64,000 nt of DNA. It comes from Octopus sinensis (taxonomy: Eukaryota). The position numbers were made by a program, and so were the translations under genes. The notes below the pieces were generated by a model that was given only the letters and a program-made list of their open reading frames with translations, was not told where the DNA came from and did not search any database. Positions 25,957-39,900 of the stretch are shown piece by piece; the first letter of the stretch is position 1; each line of letters starts with the position of its first letter. Location: the NCBI RefSeq assembly GCF_006345805.1, contig NC_043000.1:23064001-23128000 (forward strand), in the 5' to 3' direction.

Positions 25957-28865
25957 GTAAGACATTAGGTCTTCTGTTTTTATGTCTGTGTACATGTGTG
26001 AAGATGTGTGGCTTAGTGGTAAGGGTGTGGTTTATTTTCTTTGCAGTAGCAGTTGGCACATTTCCTTCAACCTGATCAATCTGGTAGGTATCTAAGAGAT
26101 CAGTAGCGAATTTTTTGCTCTCTTTCAGAATAGAGTGAAGTTTTTTTTTGGTCTTACATGTTTTTCAACAAGTTTTAGCATCCAATCATTGGTTGTTTCA
26201 AGGTATTTGGCCAGTCTGATTGTGGTAGTTTTGTACGTAAGTTCAAGCTGGATCAAGCCTCGACCTCCTTGAGCTCTGGGAAAGTAAAGACGATCCACAT
26301 CTACCTTTGGATGGTGCATCTTATTACAAGTCAGTAGCTTGCGGATTTTTCTATCAATTTTCATTATTTTACTGGTATTCCAGTTAAGCACATTGAAGCT
26401 ATAAAGAATAACTGGGACTGCTAAGGAATTTATGGCTAACACATTATTATATGTACTCAGCTCAGACTTCAAGACTGCTCAAACTCTTCTATAACATTCC
26501 TTCCTAACCTTCTCTTTCATGTTTGCATGCTGGATACCAGAGCCTTCATTTATTCCTGGTTGTTTATAGGTTTGTTCCTGCTCAAGTTTGTTTCAACATC
26601 TAGTTTGATTGAACTTGACTTTACCAATTTCCCTTTCTTAAAAGTGGCTTTGGCACACTTTTCAAGGCCAAACTCCATCCCGATATCATCACTCAATCCT
26701 TTCACAGTATGTAGTAGTCCTTCAAGCTGTTCATCATCTTTGCCATATAGTTTTAAATCATCCAGATAAAATAGATGGCTTATTTTCCTGTTGTCAATTT
26801 TGTAGCCATACCCTGTTCTATTCAGTTCACTTGAGAGTGGTATTAGTGCTATGCAGAAAATTAGTGGTGAAAGTAAGTCACCTTGGAAAATGCCACAGTT
26901 TATGCTAATATTATTTGAGTGCAATACTCCATTAGAATGATATAATTGGAGCTTCATGTTCCATAATGACATATTGTACTTTAAAAAATCTGAAATCACA
27001 GGAGAAATTTTGAAAATGTCCAGCGATTTCAGAATTCACGAATGTGGTATGCTGTCAAAGGCTTTTATTATTATCATCATCATCATCATTATTATTATTA
27101 TTATTATTATTACTTTTTTTTTTCTTCTTTCAAATTTGCTTCCATTTCTTGCCGAGTGTCTTCCCGACTCCTAGGGCAAAGAAACTCATAGTATACATTG
27201 GTAGGCCATTAAACCAAACTCAATAGTTCGTTCATTTTTTTTTTTTTTTTAAGTTAAATTAAAATACATGAGCAGCAACAGTTCTCACATCGACAATGCT
27301 CTTCTCAATACGTGTGATGTACCAGTTAAGACAATCTTTTGCACTTCTTGCAGGGATGGTAAGCCAGGGATCATTCTCATATAATTTTCGGTTCCCTTCT
27401 TGATCATTCCTAGTGCTCCTACGATCACTGGTATTGTAACTGCCTTGAGATGCCACATTTTCTCAATTTCAATGAGTAGGTCTTTATATTTTCTGAGCTT
27501 GTCAAACTCTTTCGCTGAGATATTATGATCACAGGGGATGCTCATGTCGATCAATAAGCAAACTTTATTGTTTTGGTCTTTCACAACAATATCTGGTTTA
27601 TTAGCCTTAATGGTTCGGTCTGTATGTACTGGAAAGTCCCACAGAATGGTTACATTTTCTCCTTCAGTTACAGCCTCAGGGTGGTGATTATACCACTTGT
27701 CGGCAGTTTTGATATTGTAATGCCGACTTATTAGCCAGTGTAGATATTGGCCAACTCTGTCATGTCTTAATTTATACTCCACTGGAGCTAAGACTTTACA
27801 TCCAGAGATTAGGTGGTCCACTGTTTCAATCATGTCGTTGCAGAATCGGCATTTTGGGTCTGCTCCATTTTTCATCACATTGGCCTGGTAGTTCCAGGTT
27901 AATAGGCTTTGATCTTGAGCAGCCAGGATGAAACCTTCGCTCTCTGCTTTTAGCCCTGAGCTCCGTAGCCACTGATGGGTTTGCTTCTGGTCAACATCAG
28001 CTTGTTTGCTGCAGGTCACATATTTGCCGTGCAGAGGTTTCTCCTCCCACCTATCAGCCAATTGCTCGTGCGCTTTTTTCGTTGCCATTATTTTCACCTT
28101 CTTTGCAACAATAATTGCCGTACTTCCCTCAGGTTGTTCTGTTTGGGTATCCTGTACGAGATCAATAGCAAATTTTTTGCTTTCCTTTATGATAGAATGA
28201 AGCTTCTTTCGTCTCGTGATTTTCCACGAGCTTTAGCATCCAGTCATTCGATATTTCGAGATATTTGGCCAGTCAAATTGTGGTTGTTTTGTAAGCTAGT
28301 TCAAATTGGATCAGGCCTTGACCTCCTTGGGCTCTGGGAAGGTAAAGGCGATCTACGTCTGCCTTTGGGTGGTGCATCCTATTACAACTCAGCAGCTTGC
28401 GTATTTTCCTATCTATATTCTTTACTTCACTCATATTCCAGTTCAACACATTGTAGCTATAAGTAACAACTGGAACTGCTAAGGAATTTATAGCTAACAC
28501 CTTGTTACGTGCATTTAGTTCAGATTTCAGGACTGCACGAACTCTCCTATAACATTCCTTCCTGATCTTCTCTTTCATGCTTGCATGCTAAATACCAGAG
28601 CCTTCATTTATCCCTAAATATTTGTTTGTTTGTTCTTGCTCAAGCTCTCTTATGACTGTGTCAACATCTAACACGACTGAATTTGTGGTCTTCACTTTCC
28701 CTTTCTGGAAAGTGGCCTTGGCACACTTCTCAAGTCCAAACTCCATCCCGATGTCATCGCTGAATGCTTTCACAGTGCGCAATAGGCCTTCAAGTTCATT
28801 ATTGTCTTTACCATAAAGTTTTAAGTCATCCATATAAAATAGATGGCTTATTTTTTTATTGGCAA

Positions 28866-28923
<58 letters not shown>

Positions 28924-31900
28924 GTTGTTGTTATTACTATTAATTTTGATTTGATAACACCTATATTTCTTATTGTTTCTTCTCTTTTTTCCAGTTGACT
29001 GGAGAAGTACGTGCACTAAAAATACTCAACGTCCAATACCACAAAAATATGTCTGTTTCTTTCCAAAGAGAAACAGAAGCTCTTCTCCGACTTCAACATC
29101 CCAACATAGTCACATTTTACTCTGTGGAAAGTGAGGTAATGTATCTGTTGCATCACATAGCATTATTGTTATTATCATTATTTACCAGTTTCAACCATTG
29201 GACTACCCCCATGCTGGAGCACAGCCTTCAAAGGTTTTCAGTTAATCATATAGACTTCAGTGTATTTTTTCAATCTTCTATTGTAGCATCAGGCCAACCA
29301 AAGTCTTGTGAATAAATTTAGTAGACAGAAACTCAAAGATGCTTAATCTGTGTACATTTACTATAACTTCTGCTGTCCATCTTTTCTGCACAGCCACTTA
29401 TCACCTCCTCCCTCTTTAACTGATATTTACTTCTGACCACACCCCCACCTTTGTTCATCATTCGCTACAATCATTCCTACCTCCATCTCTGACTGGAGTC
29501 ACATAGCCTAGTGGTTAGAGCAGCGGACTCGTGGTCGAGGGATTGTGGGTTCGAATCTCAGACCGGGTGATGTGTGTGTTTATGAGCGAAACACCTAAGC
29601 TCCACGCAGCTTTGGCAGAAGGTAATGGCGAACTTCTGCTGACTCTTTCGTCACAGCTTCCTCTCACTCTTTCCTCCTGCATCTTGCAGCTCACCTGTGA
29701 CGAACCGGAGTCCCGTCCAGTTGGGGAACCTATACGCCAAGGAAACCGGAAAACCAGCCCTTGTGAGCTAGGCATGGCTCGAAAAGGAACAAAAACAAAC
29801 CTCTATCTCTAACCATCTGTCACTTTCCTCTCATTCTCTTATGAACTTACCCACCCCATTCTTCCCAATCCTCTCTCCTTATTCTCTCTAATACTCGCCT
29901 TTCTTTTGTCTCCCTTCCAGCAATTTCTACCAACCCTCATACAGTGTTCCTCTATAGCAGAACACCTGTGCCTGTCCCTCTATCATACATTAGTCTTTCA
30001 GCAGTTGGCATGAAGCTTCCTTCCTCAACACTACGACCTCACTGGTGCCAGTGCTGTGAAAAGGCACCTAGTGTACTCTGTAGAGTGGTTGGTATTAGGA
30101 AGGACATCCACCTGTAGAAACTATGTAAGCAGAGACTGGGACACAGTGCAGTCCTCCAGCTCATTAGATCCTACCAAACCATCCAACTCCTGCCAGCATG
30201 GCAGACAGCCGTTAAGTGATGATGGTGGTGGTAGTGGTGGTGTTGGTGGCAGTGGTGGTGACAGCGGCAGCAGTGGTGGTGGTGCTGTTGCTGATGATGA
30301 CAATGTTGTTATCATTTCTACTCACCCTTACAAAGTTTTAAGAGCTTGTTCAGCCAGTGATGTGTTACTATTATTTCAGACCTACAAATGAGCTTGAAAT
30401 AGCAACCAAATCTCCTACAAATAGTACCACAACAGTCTTAAATAAAGGGCAGATAACAGGGTGTGATGGGTAAATTGTTGCCATTTTTTTTTTATTTTGC
30501 ACTTGCACATTGTTTCTTTTTGATTTTGTTGACTACACAGTATAGTAGGGTCAGTTGGACACTGTCTGTGAGAAAAACAGCACCATGACACTATTCACTC
30601 TGCCAGAAATTTTGGAAATGACATGCTATACTGGTTGGCATTTGTGCCAGAATCTCCAATACAAACATTTCAGAGTGTTTGGGTGTCAATCTGAGGACAT
30701 GTACCAAGAGTGATAAAAATCAAACATCCAGTCAACATCATGGTGTTTGGAGTGATCACTGGTGATAGTGACCTTATGCTTCCATTCATCTTCCCACACA
30801 GTCTCAGACTCAACATGGAGACTTACATCAAGTGCCTGGAGGAGGTAGTACTGCCCTGAGTCAAGAGGGTGGCTACTGGAAGACCTTATGTCTATCAACA
30901 GGATTCTGCATCATGCCACACAAGCAGGAGAATCCAGTCATGGCTGTCAGATAATTTCTGCAATCACATCACCCCTAACATCTGGCCACCTAACTCCCCC
31001 TTGATTATTATGTGTAGAGAGCACTTGAGTGAGAGACCAACAAAACTCCTTATAACACCAAAGACCAACTGAAGGCAGGGATTATGGCAGCATTCACCAA
31101 CTTAAACAAGGAAACTGTCCAGAAGAGTTGCAAGAGATTCTGAAGTCGTCTGGAGGCCGTGGTTGGAGCCAATGGCAATTTTATTGAATAAACTTTCTCT
31201 TTATTATTTCAAGATATTTTTATCCAATATTGGTAAATATATCTGTTAAAATGAGATGTCAGTGTTATTTTCATTTTTGCGTAATTTAGACAACAGTTTA
31301 TTCACCACACCCTGTATATACTGTCGTTAGCAATGTTTACTCATTGTTGAGAATATTCCCAAGATTTTGGAGACTAGGTCCACAGTTTACTAGTGAATTT
31401 ACACAATGTGGAATAGGAGTCACTAGTTCACTCCCTATAGTGATTGATTTTCAAAGCCCCTTGTTTCCTTAGCATGATTGTGCTGAGAGGATAAGTGGCT
31501 TGGTTGAGTAGTACAGAGAGATGGTAGCACCACAGTCAGTCAGGGGTTACTTTGGCACTAACGTTTAATATCTGAGGAATTAATGACATGATCTGTATAG
31601 AATTAGTTCTAGGTGCTTGCCACTCTCCAAAATATGGGATGGTCACAACTGGAGTGCCTTCAATCATAGATCTGTTTGCTCAGAGTTGACTCAGAAGCTT
31701 ACTAACAACCATAACAGCAACTATAATTTCTCTAGCCATTTTTAACTGCTATAGTATATAAATATATATGTTTTAATAAATACATACTATAATAAACAAA
31801 TATATATGTTTATTACAGAACCTTAGAGGAAATCAAGTTTTGGTCACAGAATTCTGTAGTGGTGGAACATTATCAAGCTTCTTAAGGGAACCAGAAAATT

Positions 31901-34900
31901 ACAATGGTTTGAGTGATGAGGAATTTTTAATATTTTTTCATGATATTGGTAAGTACTTCTTTGTCAAAGCCTATTTGCTATGTAAGATTTTACCCTTTTG
32001 ATACCAACCCATCTGGACTACAGCTGGTTCTATAATATAAAATTCATTATAAAATAAATGAAATTGAAATCTTCCTTCAAAATTTTGTATTAGGTGCAGG
32101 AGTGGCTGTGTGGTAAGTAGCTTGCTTACCAACCATATGGTTCCGGGTTCAGTCCCACTGCGTGGAACCTTGATCAAGTGTCTTCTACTATAGCCTCGGG
32201 CCGACCAAAGCCTTGTGAGTAGATTTGGTAGACAGAAACTGAAAGAAGCCCGTTGTATATATATGTGTGTGTGTGTGTATATATATATGTGTGTGTGTGT
32301 GTGTATGTTTGTGTGTCTGTGTTTGTCCTCCCAACATCGCTTGACAACCAATGGTGGTGTGTGTTTACGTCCCCGTAACTTAACGGTTCAGCATAAGAGA
32401 CCGACAGAATAAGTACTAGGCTTACAAAGAATAAGTCCTGGGGTCGATTTGCTCAACTAAAGGTGGTGCTCAAGCATGGCTGCAGTCAAATGACTGAAAC
32501 AAATAAAAGAGTAAAGAGTTTATGTTCCAAACACCAGCTTACCATGTTTCATCATCATCATCATTATTTATTGTCTGACAGAAGTTTGACAGGAGCTAAC
32601 AAGCCAGAGAGCTACACCAGATTCTAATTGTCTGTTTTAGCATGGTTTCTATGGCTGGATGCCCTTCCTAACACCAACTACTTTACAGAGTGTACTGGGT
32701 GATTTTTACATGGCACCAGCATGGGTGCTTTATGTGTCACCAACACAGGTGCTTTTTACATGGCACCAGCATGGGTGCTTTATATGTAGCACCAGTACAG
32801 GCGCTTTTTACATGGCACCAGCATGGGTGCTTTATATGTGGCACCAGCACAGGTGCTTTTTACGTGGCATGAGCACAGGTGCTTTTTACATGGCACAAGC
32901 ACAGGTGCTTGTTATGTGGCACCAGCATGGGTATTTGATAGCATAAAAGATACCTCAATTTCAGCTACACATACTCTTTTACTTGTTTCAGTTATTTGAC
33001 TGTGGCCATGCTGGAGTACCACCTTTTAGTTGAGCAAATCAACGCCAGGACTTATTCTTTATAAGCCTAGTACTTATTCTATCAGCCTCTTTTGCCGAAC
33101 CGCTAAATTATGGGGACATAAACACACACGCACACACACACACACACATATATATATATACATATATATGATGGGCTTCTTTCAGTTTCCGTCTACCAAA
33201 CCCACTCAAGGCAAGTAGAAGATACTTGCCCAAGGGGCCACGCAGTGGGATTGAACCCAGAACCATGTGGTTCGTAAACAAGCTACCTACCACACAGCCA
33301 CTCCTATGCCTATAACATATTCAGAAAAAAATGGTTTTAGTACATCGAAGCATGTAATATGGACTCAGCTTTATATACAGACCCAGGGGACAATTTTAAA
33401 AAAGTTTGTCTTATATACCATCAAAGACTGTAATTTTGACAAGGTTATTTTCCTAAATTTTTCACTATTCTCAAAATTGATTAAATCAAAGATGGTGTAT
33501 TTCAACCAAAATGTGTTAATGAAAGGGTTACGAAACAGTTGTTTTTTTCTTTTTTATTTATGCGCCCTTTTCAAGCCTATCCTGGCTCATGGGCCTGGTT
33601 TCCCAGTTTCTGTGGCATATGTGTTCTCCCCAGCTGGACGGGATGCCAGTCCATCGCAGCATTACTCAAGAAACAGAAGAAAGACTGAGAGAAAGTTGAG
33701 GCGAAAGAGTACAACAGAGGTCGCCACCACCCCCTAGCAGAGCCTCATAGAGCTTTTAGATGTTTTCGCTCAATAAACACACACAACGCTCGGTCTGGGA
33801 ATCGAAACCGCGATCCTCCAACCGCGAGTCCGCTGCCCTAACCACTGGGTCATTGCACCTCCACACGAAACAGATATAATAAAGATTATGTGCTAAAAGA
33901 TATTGAACATAACTACTGGCAAGCTTTTGTGATATTTGTGTCGACTTATTGTTCATTATTTTAGTTCCTGATAAACGTAGTGTCTGTTTGTATATTTGCT
34001 CTTGTGAATATTAAATTACTGTACATGATAGCATAAAAAATGCATAGGCATGTTTGACACTCCCTGATTTTAGCAGTATGTATTCAAGGAAAAGTTTTTT
34101 AGTTCATTAAAGCATGTAATATCGGCCAAACTGCGCATGTAGGACATGGTGTGATTTTCAAGACATTTTTATAGAAAAAATGCATTTTATATGCTATCAA
34201 ATACTGTGGTTTTGGTGTATGTTTACACATTTAAGCATGTTTTAGTTTTGTTGGGAAAGAAAGGGTGAAGAGTTAATGCTCAAAATTATGAGCAAATATG
34301 GATCATAGTTTGTCTATTTTTTCATTTTTATTACTGTCTCATCAGCTTGAACTTATAACAACTAGTTATAAATGCAGATTTTTAAAAATCCAGTTACCAC
34401 AGCCATATAATATTTATAGTTCAAGGCAATTAAATGATGTTGGCTCATTTTGCTTAAGTAGAAATAGGGCAACAGGTAGGTACAGTTCACTGCAGCAAGT
34501 TGTATGAGACCACAACCTATCAAAATACTCAATGTTTTGATAGTGTGCATTAGATAGATTGATGTTTCTATGTGTGTTTGTGTTAGTGTCCCCCTGCCTT
34601 GACATCATGTAATAGTTGTAAATGAATGCAAAAAACAACTAGGCTTCTCTCTCTAACATTTTACGTAATTCAGCTTCCATAATTGAATGAGTGAAACACA
34701 AAATAAGAATTTTAAAAGAAGCATCTACAAGATTGACTGTCATCAGCCAGGTTTTTCGTTGTCCAGGCTGATCTGGAACCCAACCTAGGCCCCCATATCT
34801 ACGGCGTTTGCCGCTGGAATAAGGAGTGGTTGGAGATCATGCGGTCGTTAGCCTCAAATCGCCCGGCCTGGTCGGCGTTTGTGAGAGATGCAGCATTGAG

Positions 34901-35970
34901 GATGAATGAAGCCAGCTCAACCCACCCCGGGTGAATGCTGTAAGAAGAAGATCTACAAGATTAGTTTTTAAACATCAAATGGCATTAGGGATCCACCAGA
35001 TTAGAATAGTCAAAGGACCCCAAAAGTAAAAAAATGGTTGAGATCACTGGTTTCAAGGCTCATAACCTCCCATATTTTATACAGCCATTGGTGTGATACC
35101 AGTGAAGTTAAGTAGGTGATTGTGCTGCCTTCGTGTAGCTGATGTTTTACTGGTTTTTGGGAAAGTATTTTTCAGTTGCCATCATGGTTTGGACTGATAC
35201 ACATCATATGTTTGCTGTTGAAATGTTTGTCAACATATAAAATGTGGGTTTTTTTTTTTTTTATGGAACTGGGATGGATGCATATTTTTACTTGTATGGT
35301 TATGGAGTGCCAGTTCAGACTGACCATGTTGCTCAGTTTTCCAAGTTAGACCCTGCCATATCCTCTTCACTGAGGATCCAGCTGGGTTTACAGCTCATGT
35401 TGGTCCACCATATGCCACATGGTTATGACAGATGAGGAGATGACTCATGGAGAAGGGGACTGACTGGGATGCTGCTTGAAGGGTTGCCTAGGAGAACCTG
35501 AGAATATACCAACAAATGGTGACTGCATCAATGGACTGCAATGGCACATCATCCCCACACCTGATCTGACGTGTACATCTCAAGATTTGGCCTGGTTTCT
35601 AAGACTGGATGCCCTTCCTATCACCAATCACTTTGCGGAATGTACCGGTTACATTTAAGCTGAAGGCACACTGGCATAAATAATAGGGTGTAGACTGGGT
35701 GCATTCATTGTAGCAATCCATGTTTAACATATTGATTTTTTGTTGTTGTTGTTGTTGTTTGTTTTTAGTTTACTTTTTTTATTATTTGTTTCCGTTATAT
35801 TACCAGTTTGTGGTATGAAGCATTTACGTAAAAATGGATTTGCACATAGAGATATCAAACCACCGAATATATTGCGATGCCAAAATGAAAGAAAGTAAGT
35901 TACATACATGCACACATATACATATATGTATGCATATATACATGCATACATACATACATATATACATATA

Positions 35971-36031
<61 letters not shown>

Positions 36032-36918
36032 ATATATATATTTATATATGTATATATATATATATTTATATATGTATATATATATGTATATATCATCATC
36101 ATCATCGTTTAACGTCCGTTTTCCGCGCTAGCACGGGTTGGACAGTTCGACCAGGGTCTAGGAAGCCAGGGGCTGCTCCAGGCTCCAGTCTGATCTGGCA
36201 GAGTTTCTATGGCTGGATGCCCTTCCTAACGCCAACCACTCCGCGAGTGTAGTGGGTGCTTTTTACGTGCCACCTGCACAGGTGCCAGGGAGGGGGGTCC
36301 GGCATCGGCCACGATCGGTTGGAGCTTTTATATTGTCTCTATAGATTGTATTGTTTTATCTTTGTATGTTAATTTTTTTGTCCTACTTATGTTAATTTAT
36401 TCAAATGTTAATATAATGTTTATTTACTTGTTTTAATTTAGCCAATATTATGTTACACATTCAGAATTCCCTTAAGCTTGTCTGTACCTATAGAAAGCAG
36501 CCTATTTAGCTGTAAAACAGATACCACCTCGTTCTTTAGTAAATTACACAGAGACAGTAACGAGCTTGTAATATATTTCTTCAACAGTTATTAAATACAA
36601 GTTTATGAATTTTTAAAACTTCTTAATATGGTCTGGGGACTGCATGACTATTCCAAGTTGCAGTAGTGGTAGTAATCCATTCAGCTATAGGTACACAGCC
36701 TAAAATTTGGGGTCAGGGGGTGAATCAATTACATTGACCCCTGTGCTCAATTGGTACTTATTTCAGCAGTCCCTAAAGGCTGAAAGGCAAAGTTGATCTC
36801 AGCAGAATTTGAACTCAGAACATAAAAATGGATGAAATGCTGCTAAGCATTTTGTCTGGGGTGCTAACAGTTCTGCCAGCTCACCGCCTTAATAATAATA
36901 ATAATAATAATAATAATG

Positions 36919-36955
<37 letters not shown>

Positions 36956-39900
36956 TGATAATGACAAGAAGTGCATCCAGTCGTAAAATCCTGCCTCAAG
37001 ATGCTTCCCTGTCTGAACATCTGCTCACACAGAAAGACAGACATTAGATGAATTAATGAATGCAAGACTACAAAGTCAGTGGACGAGCACAGTCAGTTAG
37101 ATAAACCCAGGTACTTCACTGGTACTTACTTTACCAACCCTAGATCAATAAAAGGTAAAGTGGCTTTATTGAGATTTGAACTCAGAATCTGGAGACCCAT
37201 GGCCAAATACTACAAAAGTTGAACTGTGATGTAAATTTTAGCTTGTAGAAGTACAAAGGTGTAAAGTTGAGGAGTAGTGGGAGGTAAGAGAATATGAATG
37301 AGGAAACCATTCTGATCACTATGCTCTCTAAATCCTGTTCTTCTTTCTAGAACTGTATATAAACTTACTGACTTTGGTTGTGCAAAACCACTTCAAGACG
37401 AAGAAGAATTCATGTCATTGGTTGGAACTGAAGAATATCTGGTTTGTTCTTTTTTATTTCTCATCTTTCCTATTTATTTATCTTAAAGATTTTTTTCCCA
37501 CACGGTTTTAGTTTAGTTATTAGGCACAGATGTGGCTGTGTAGTTAAGAAACTTGCTTCACAACTGCATGGTTTTCGGTTCAGATTATTTTAAACAGGGA
37601 ATTCGTGTCATTGAACCAGGGGTGCTTTCAGATGGGCTGGTGTAAAAAGAATTATATAGGTGCGGGAGTGGCTGTGTGGTAAGAAGCTTGCTTCCCAACC
37701 ACATGGTTCTGGGTTCAGTCCCACTGCATAGTACCTTGGGCAAGTGTCTTCTACTATAGCACTATACACAATAATTTCATTTTGCTCAGCGTGCTAACGA
37801 TTCTGCCAGCCCGCCACCTTAATCACTCAATATTCAGATGGTGCTTTTTGTGTGTGTTAGTATCTTCTTGTTTTCCATCATGGGACAGTTGTAAACAAGT
37901 GCCACTGTAATACAAGCAGTGTCCTTCATTTCCAGTTTTCCATAAAAATGTGTCCAACCATAAGGAAAATATTACCTTGGTGGGGGAAACAGTGAGGGTT
38001 TGCAACAGGAAGGGTGTCCATCCATAGAAATTCTGTTTCAGTGAATCCCATCTGTTCCATGCAAGTATGGAAAAGTGAAGACATTAAAATGGTGGTGGTG
38101 GTGATGGCGGCGGCGATGGCGAGGAGGAGGAAAAGAAAAATAGGAGATAAATAGCTTCATTTGGATGTGAAGTGGTGGGGGTCTAAATTTGTAGAACATC
38201 CAGGACTATGAAAAACATGGATACTTACTGAGAAATAAAACCACATCAGTTGTATTTACACAGCATAAATAATGGCTATAGCAGAACTTTCATTTATCAA
38301 ATCTGAAACACACTATAATGTTATTTATTCTTGTAGTCTTGTATTTGTTCCAGTCATTTGACTGCGGCCATGCTGGAGCACCGCCTTTAGTCGAACAGAT
38401 TGGCTCCAGGACTTCTTCTTTGTAAGCCTAGTATTATTCTATTGGTCTCTTTTGCCAAACCACTAAGTTACAGGGATGTAAACACACCAACATCGGTTGT
38501 CAAGCAATGGTGGCGGTGGTGACAATCACGGACACACAAACATATTCATACATGCATACATACATATATATATATATATATATACAGCTGGCTTCTTTCA
38601 GTTTCCGTCTACCAAATCCACTCACAAGGCTTTGGTTGGCCCGAGGCTATAGTAGAAGACACTTGTCCAAGGTGCCATGCAGTAGGACTGAACCCAGAAC
38701 CATGTGGTTGGGAAGCACGCTACTTACCACACAGCCACTCCTGCAACATTTGTAAATTTTCTGGAGTTTTTTTCTTCTTTTCATTTACTTTCTTCTGATC
38801 TTTTCCATTCTTTTTTAGCATCCAGACATCTACCAGTCTGTATTTTTTGAAAGATCAAAGCAGCCATTTACTGTTTCTGCTGATCTTTGGAGTCTTGGTG
38901 CCACACTATACCATTCAGCAACTGGAATACCTCCCTTCATACCATATGGAGGTCGTGAAAATCGGGTTGATATGTAAGTATTCCTTTTTTTTTTTGAAAG
39001 CATCCTACTTCAAATTGTTCCTGGTTCTTTGATACAAAAAACCTTCCATCAAAATTTCATGTTGATTCAAGTTCCAAACACCAGATTAATAATGGTAGAG
39101 TTATTTTGATTAAATTCTTCATGAGGCAGCAGATGTGGTGTGCAAGAGAGACGACTGTGCTTGTATGGTCATGTGATGCCCTTCCTCACACTTTACAACA
39201 TATAATGGGTGTTTTTTTTCATAGCCCTAGCACTAGTAAGGTCACCATGTAGCTAGCAAGACTACAAACCCTGAGGAAGGTGATTTTATGCTTCCAGATA
39301 AAGGGTTAAAGTATGAGAGATGGGATCACAGCAGTATGGGTTTTTTGTAGTAGAGGAGATACATGGCAACTCACATTTTAGAAGAGAGGCTGGAGGTGAC
39401 TTAGGCAGAAAGATATAAAAATACTATCTTTGCTAATGAGACAGAAGTATTTTCTTTACTAATTAATAAACTCTTTCTCTTTTTGATTGTACTGCTTTTG
39501 CAGATTTCTGTGACTCTTTGTCGCCATCCAATTCCATTTTTATGAATTTGAACTGGGAGCTTGAGTCATAATGAATCTTTCAGTAGCTGTGGACACAACC
39601 ATGGATGCCCCACCCTGCTGGTATTGCAGTTCTTCCCTTGATAGAGCTTGGTGATCCTGACCATTGATCTTCTAGGATTCCTCTGCTCAGCATTAAAGTA
39701 AAAACCAATGTTGACTCAGTCGAGCTCTTCTGCTACCTCTTCACAATCCACATGACTTCTTCACTGTAACCCTGGAAGGGTGGCTGAAAGGGTGCTATAC
39801 CTTGCCAAAGAGCAATCCATAACTATGCAGGGTATGGTCATCACTTCAAAATACCCACATACCCTAATTAATAAAGTAGTTTTCATTTAATGGCTCTAAT

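Noticed and set aside
28995-29315. 106-aa ORF as a stand-alone gene
   Set aside because: Only the first 47 codons are kinase-like; the rest is intron read-through past the GT at 29136.
30056-30391. Gly/Ser-rich ORF
   Set aside because: It is a SINE remnant plus a decayed (GGT/GAT)n tract, with no splice or homology support.
36541-36580. KLHRDSNEL as the catalytic-loop exon
   Set aside because: It lacks the KPxN continuation. The real HRDIKPPN exon is at 35807-35894 with matching phases.
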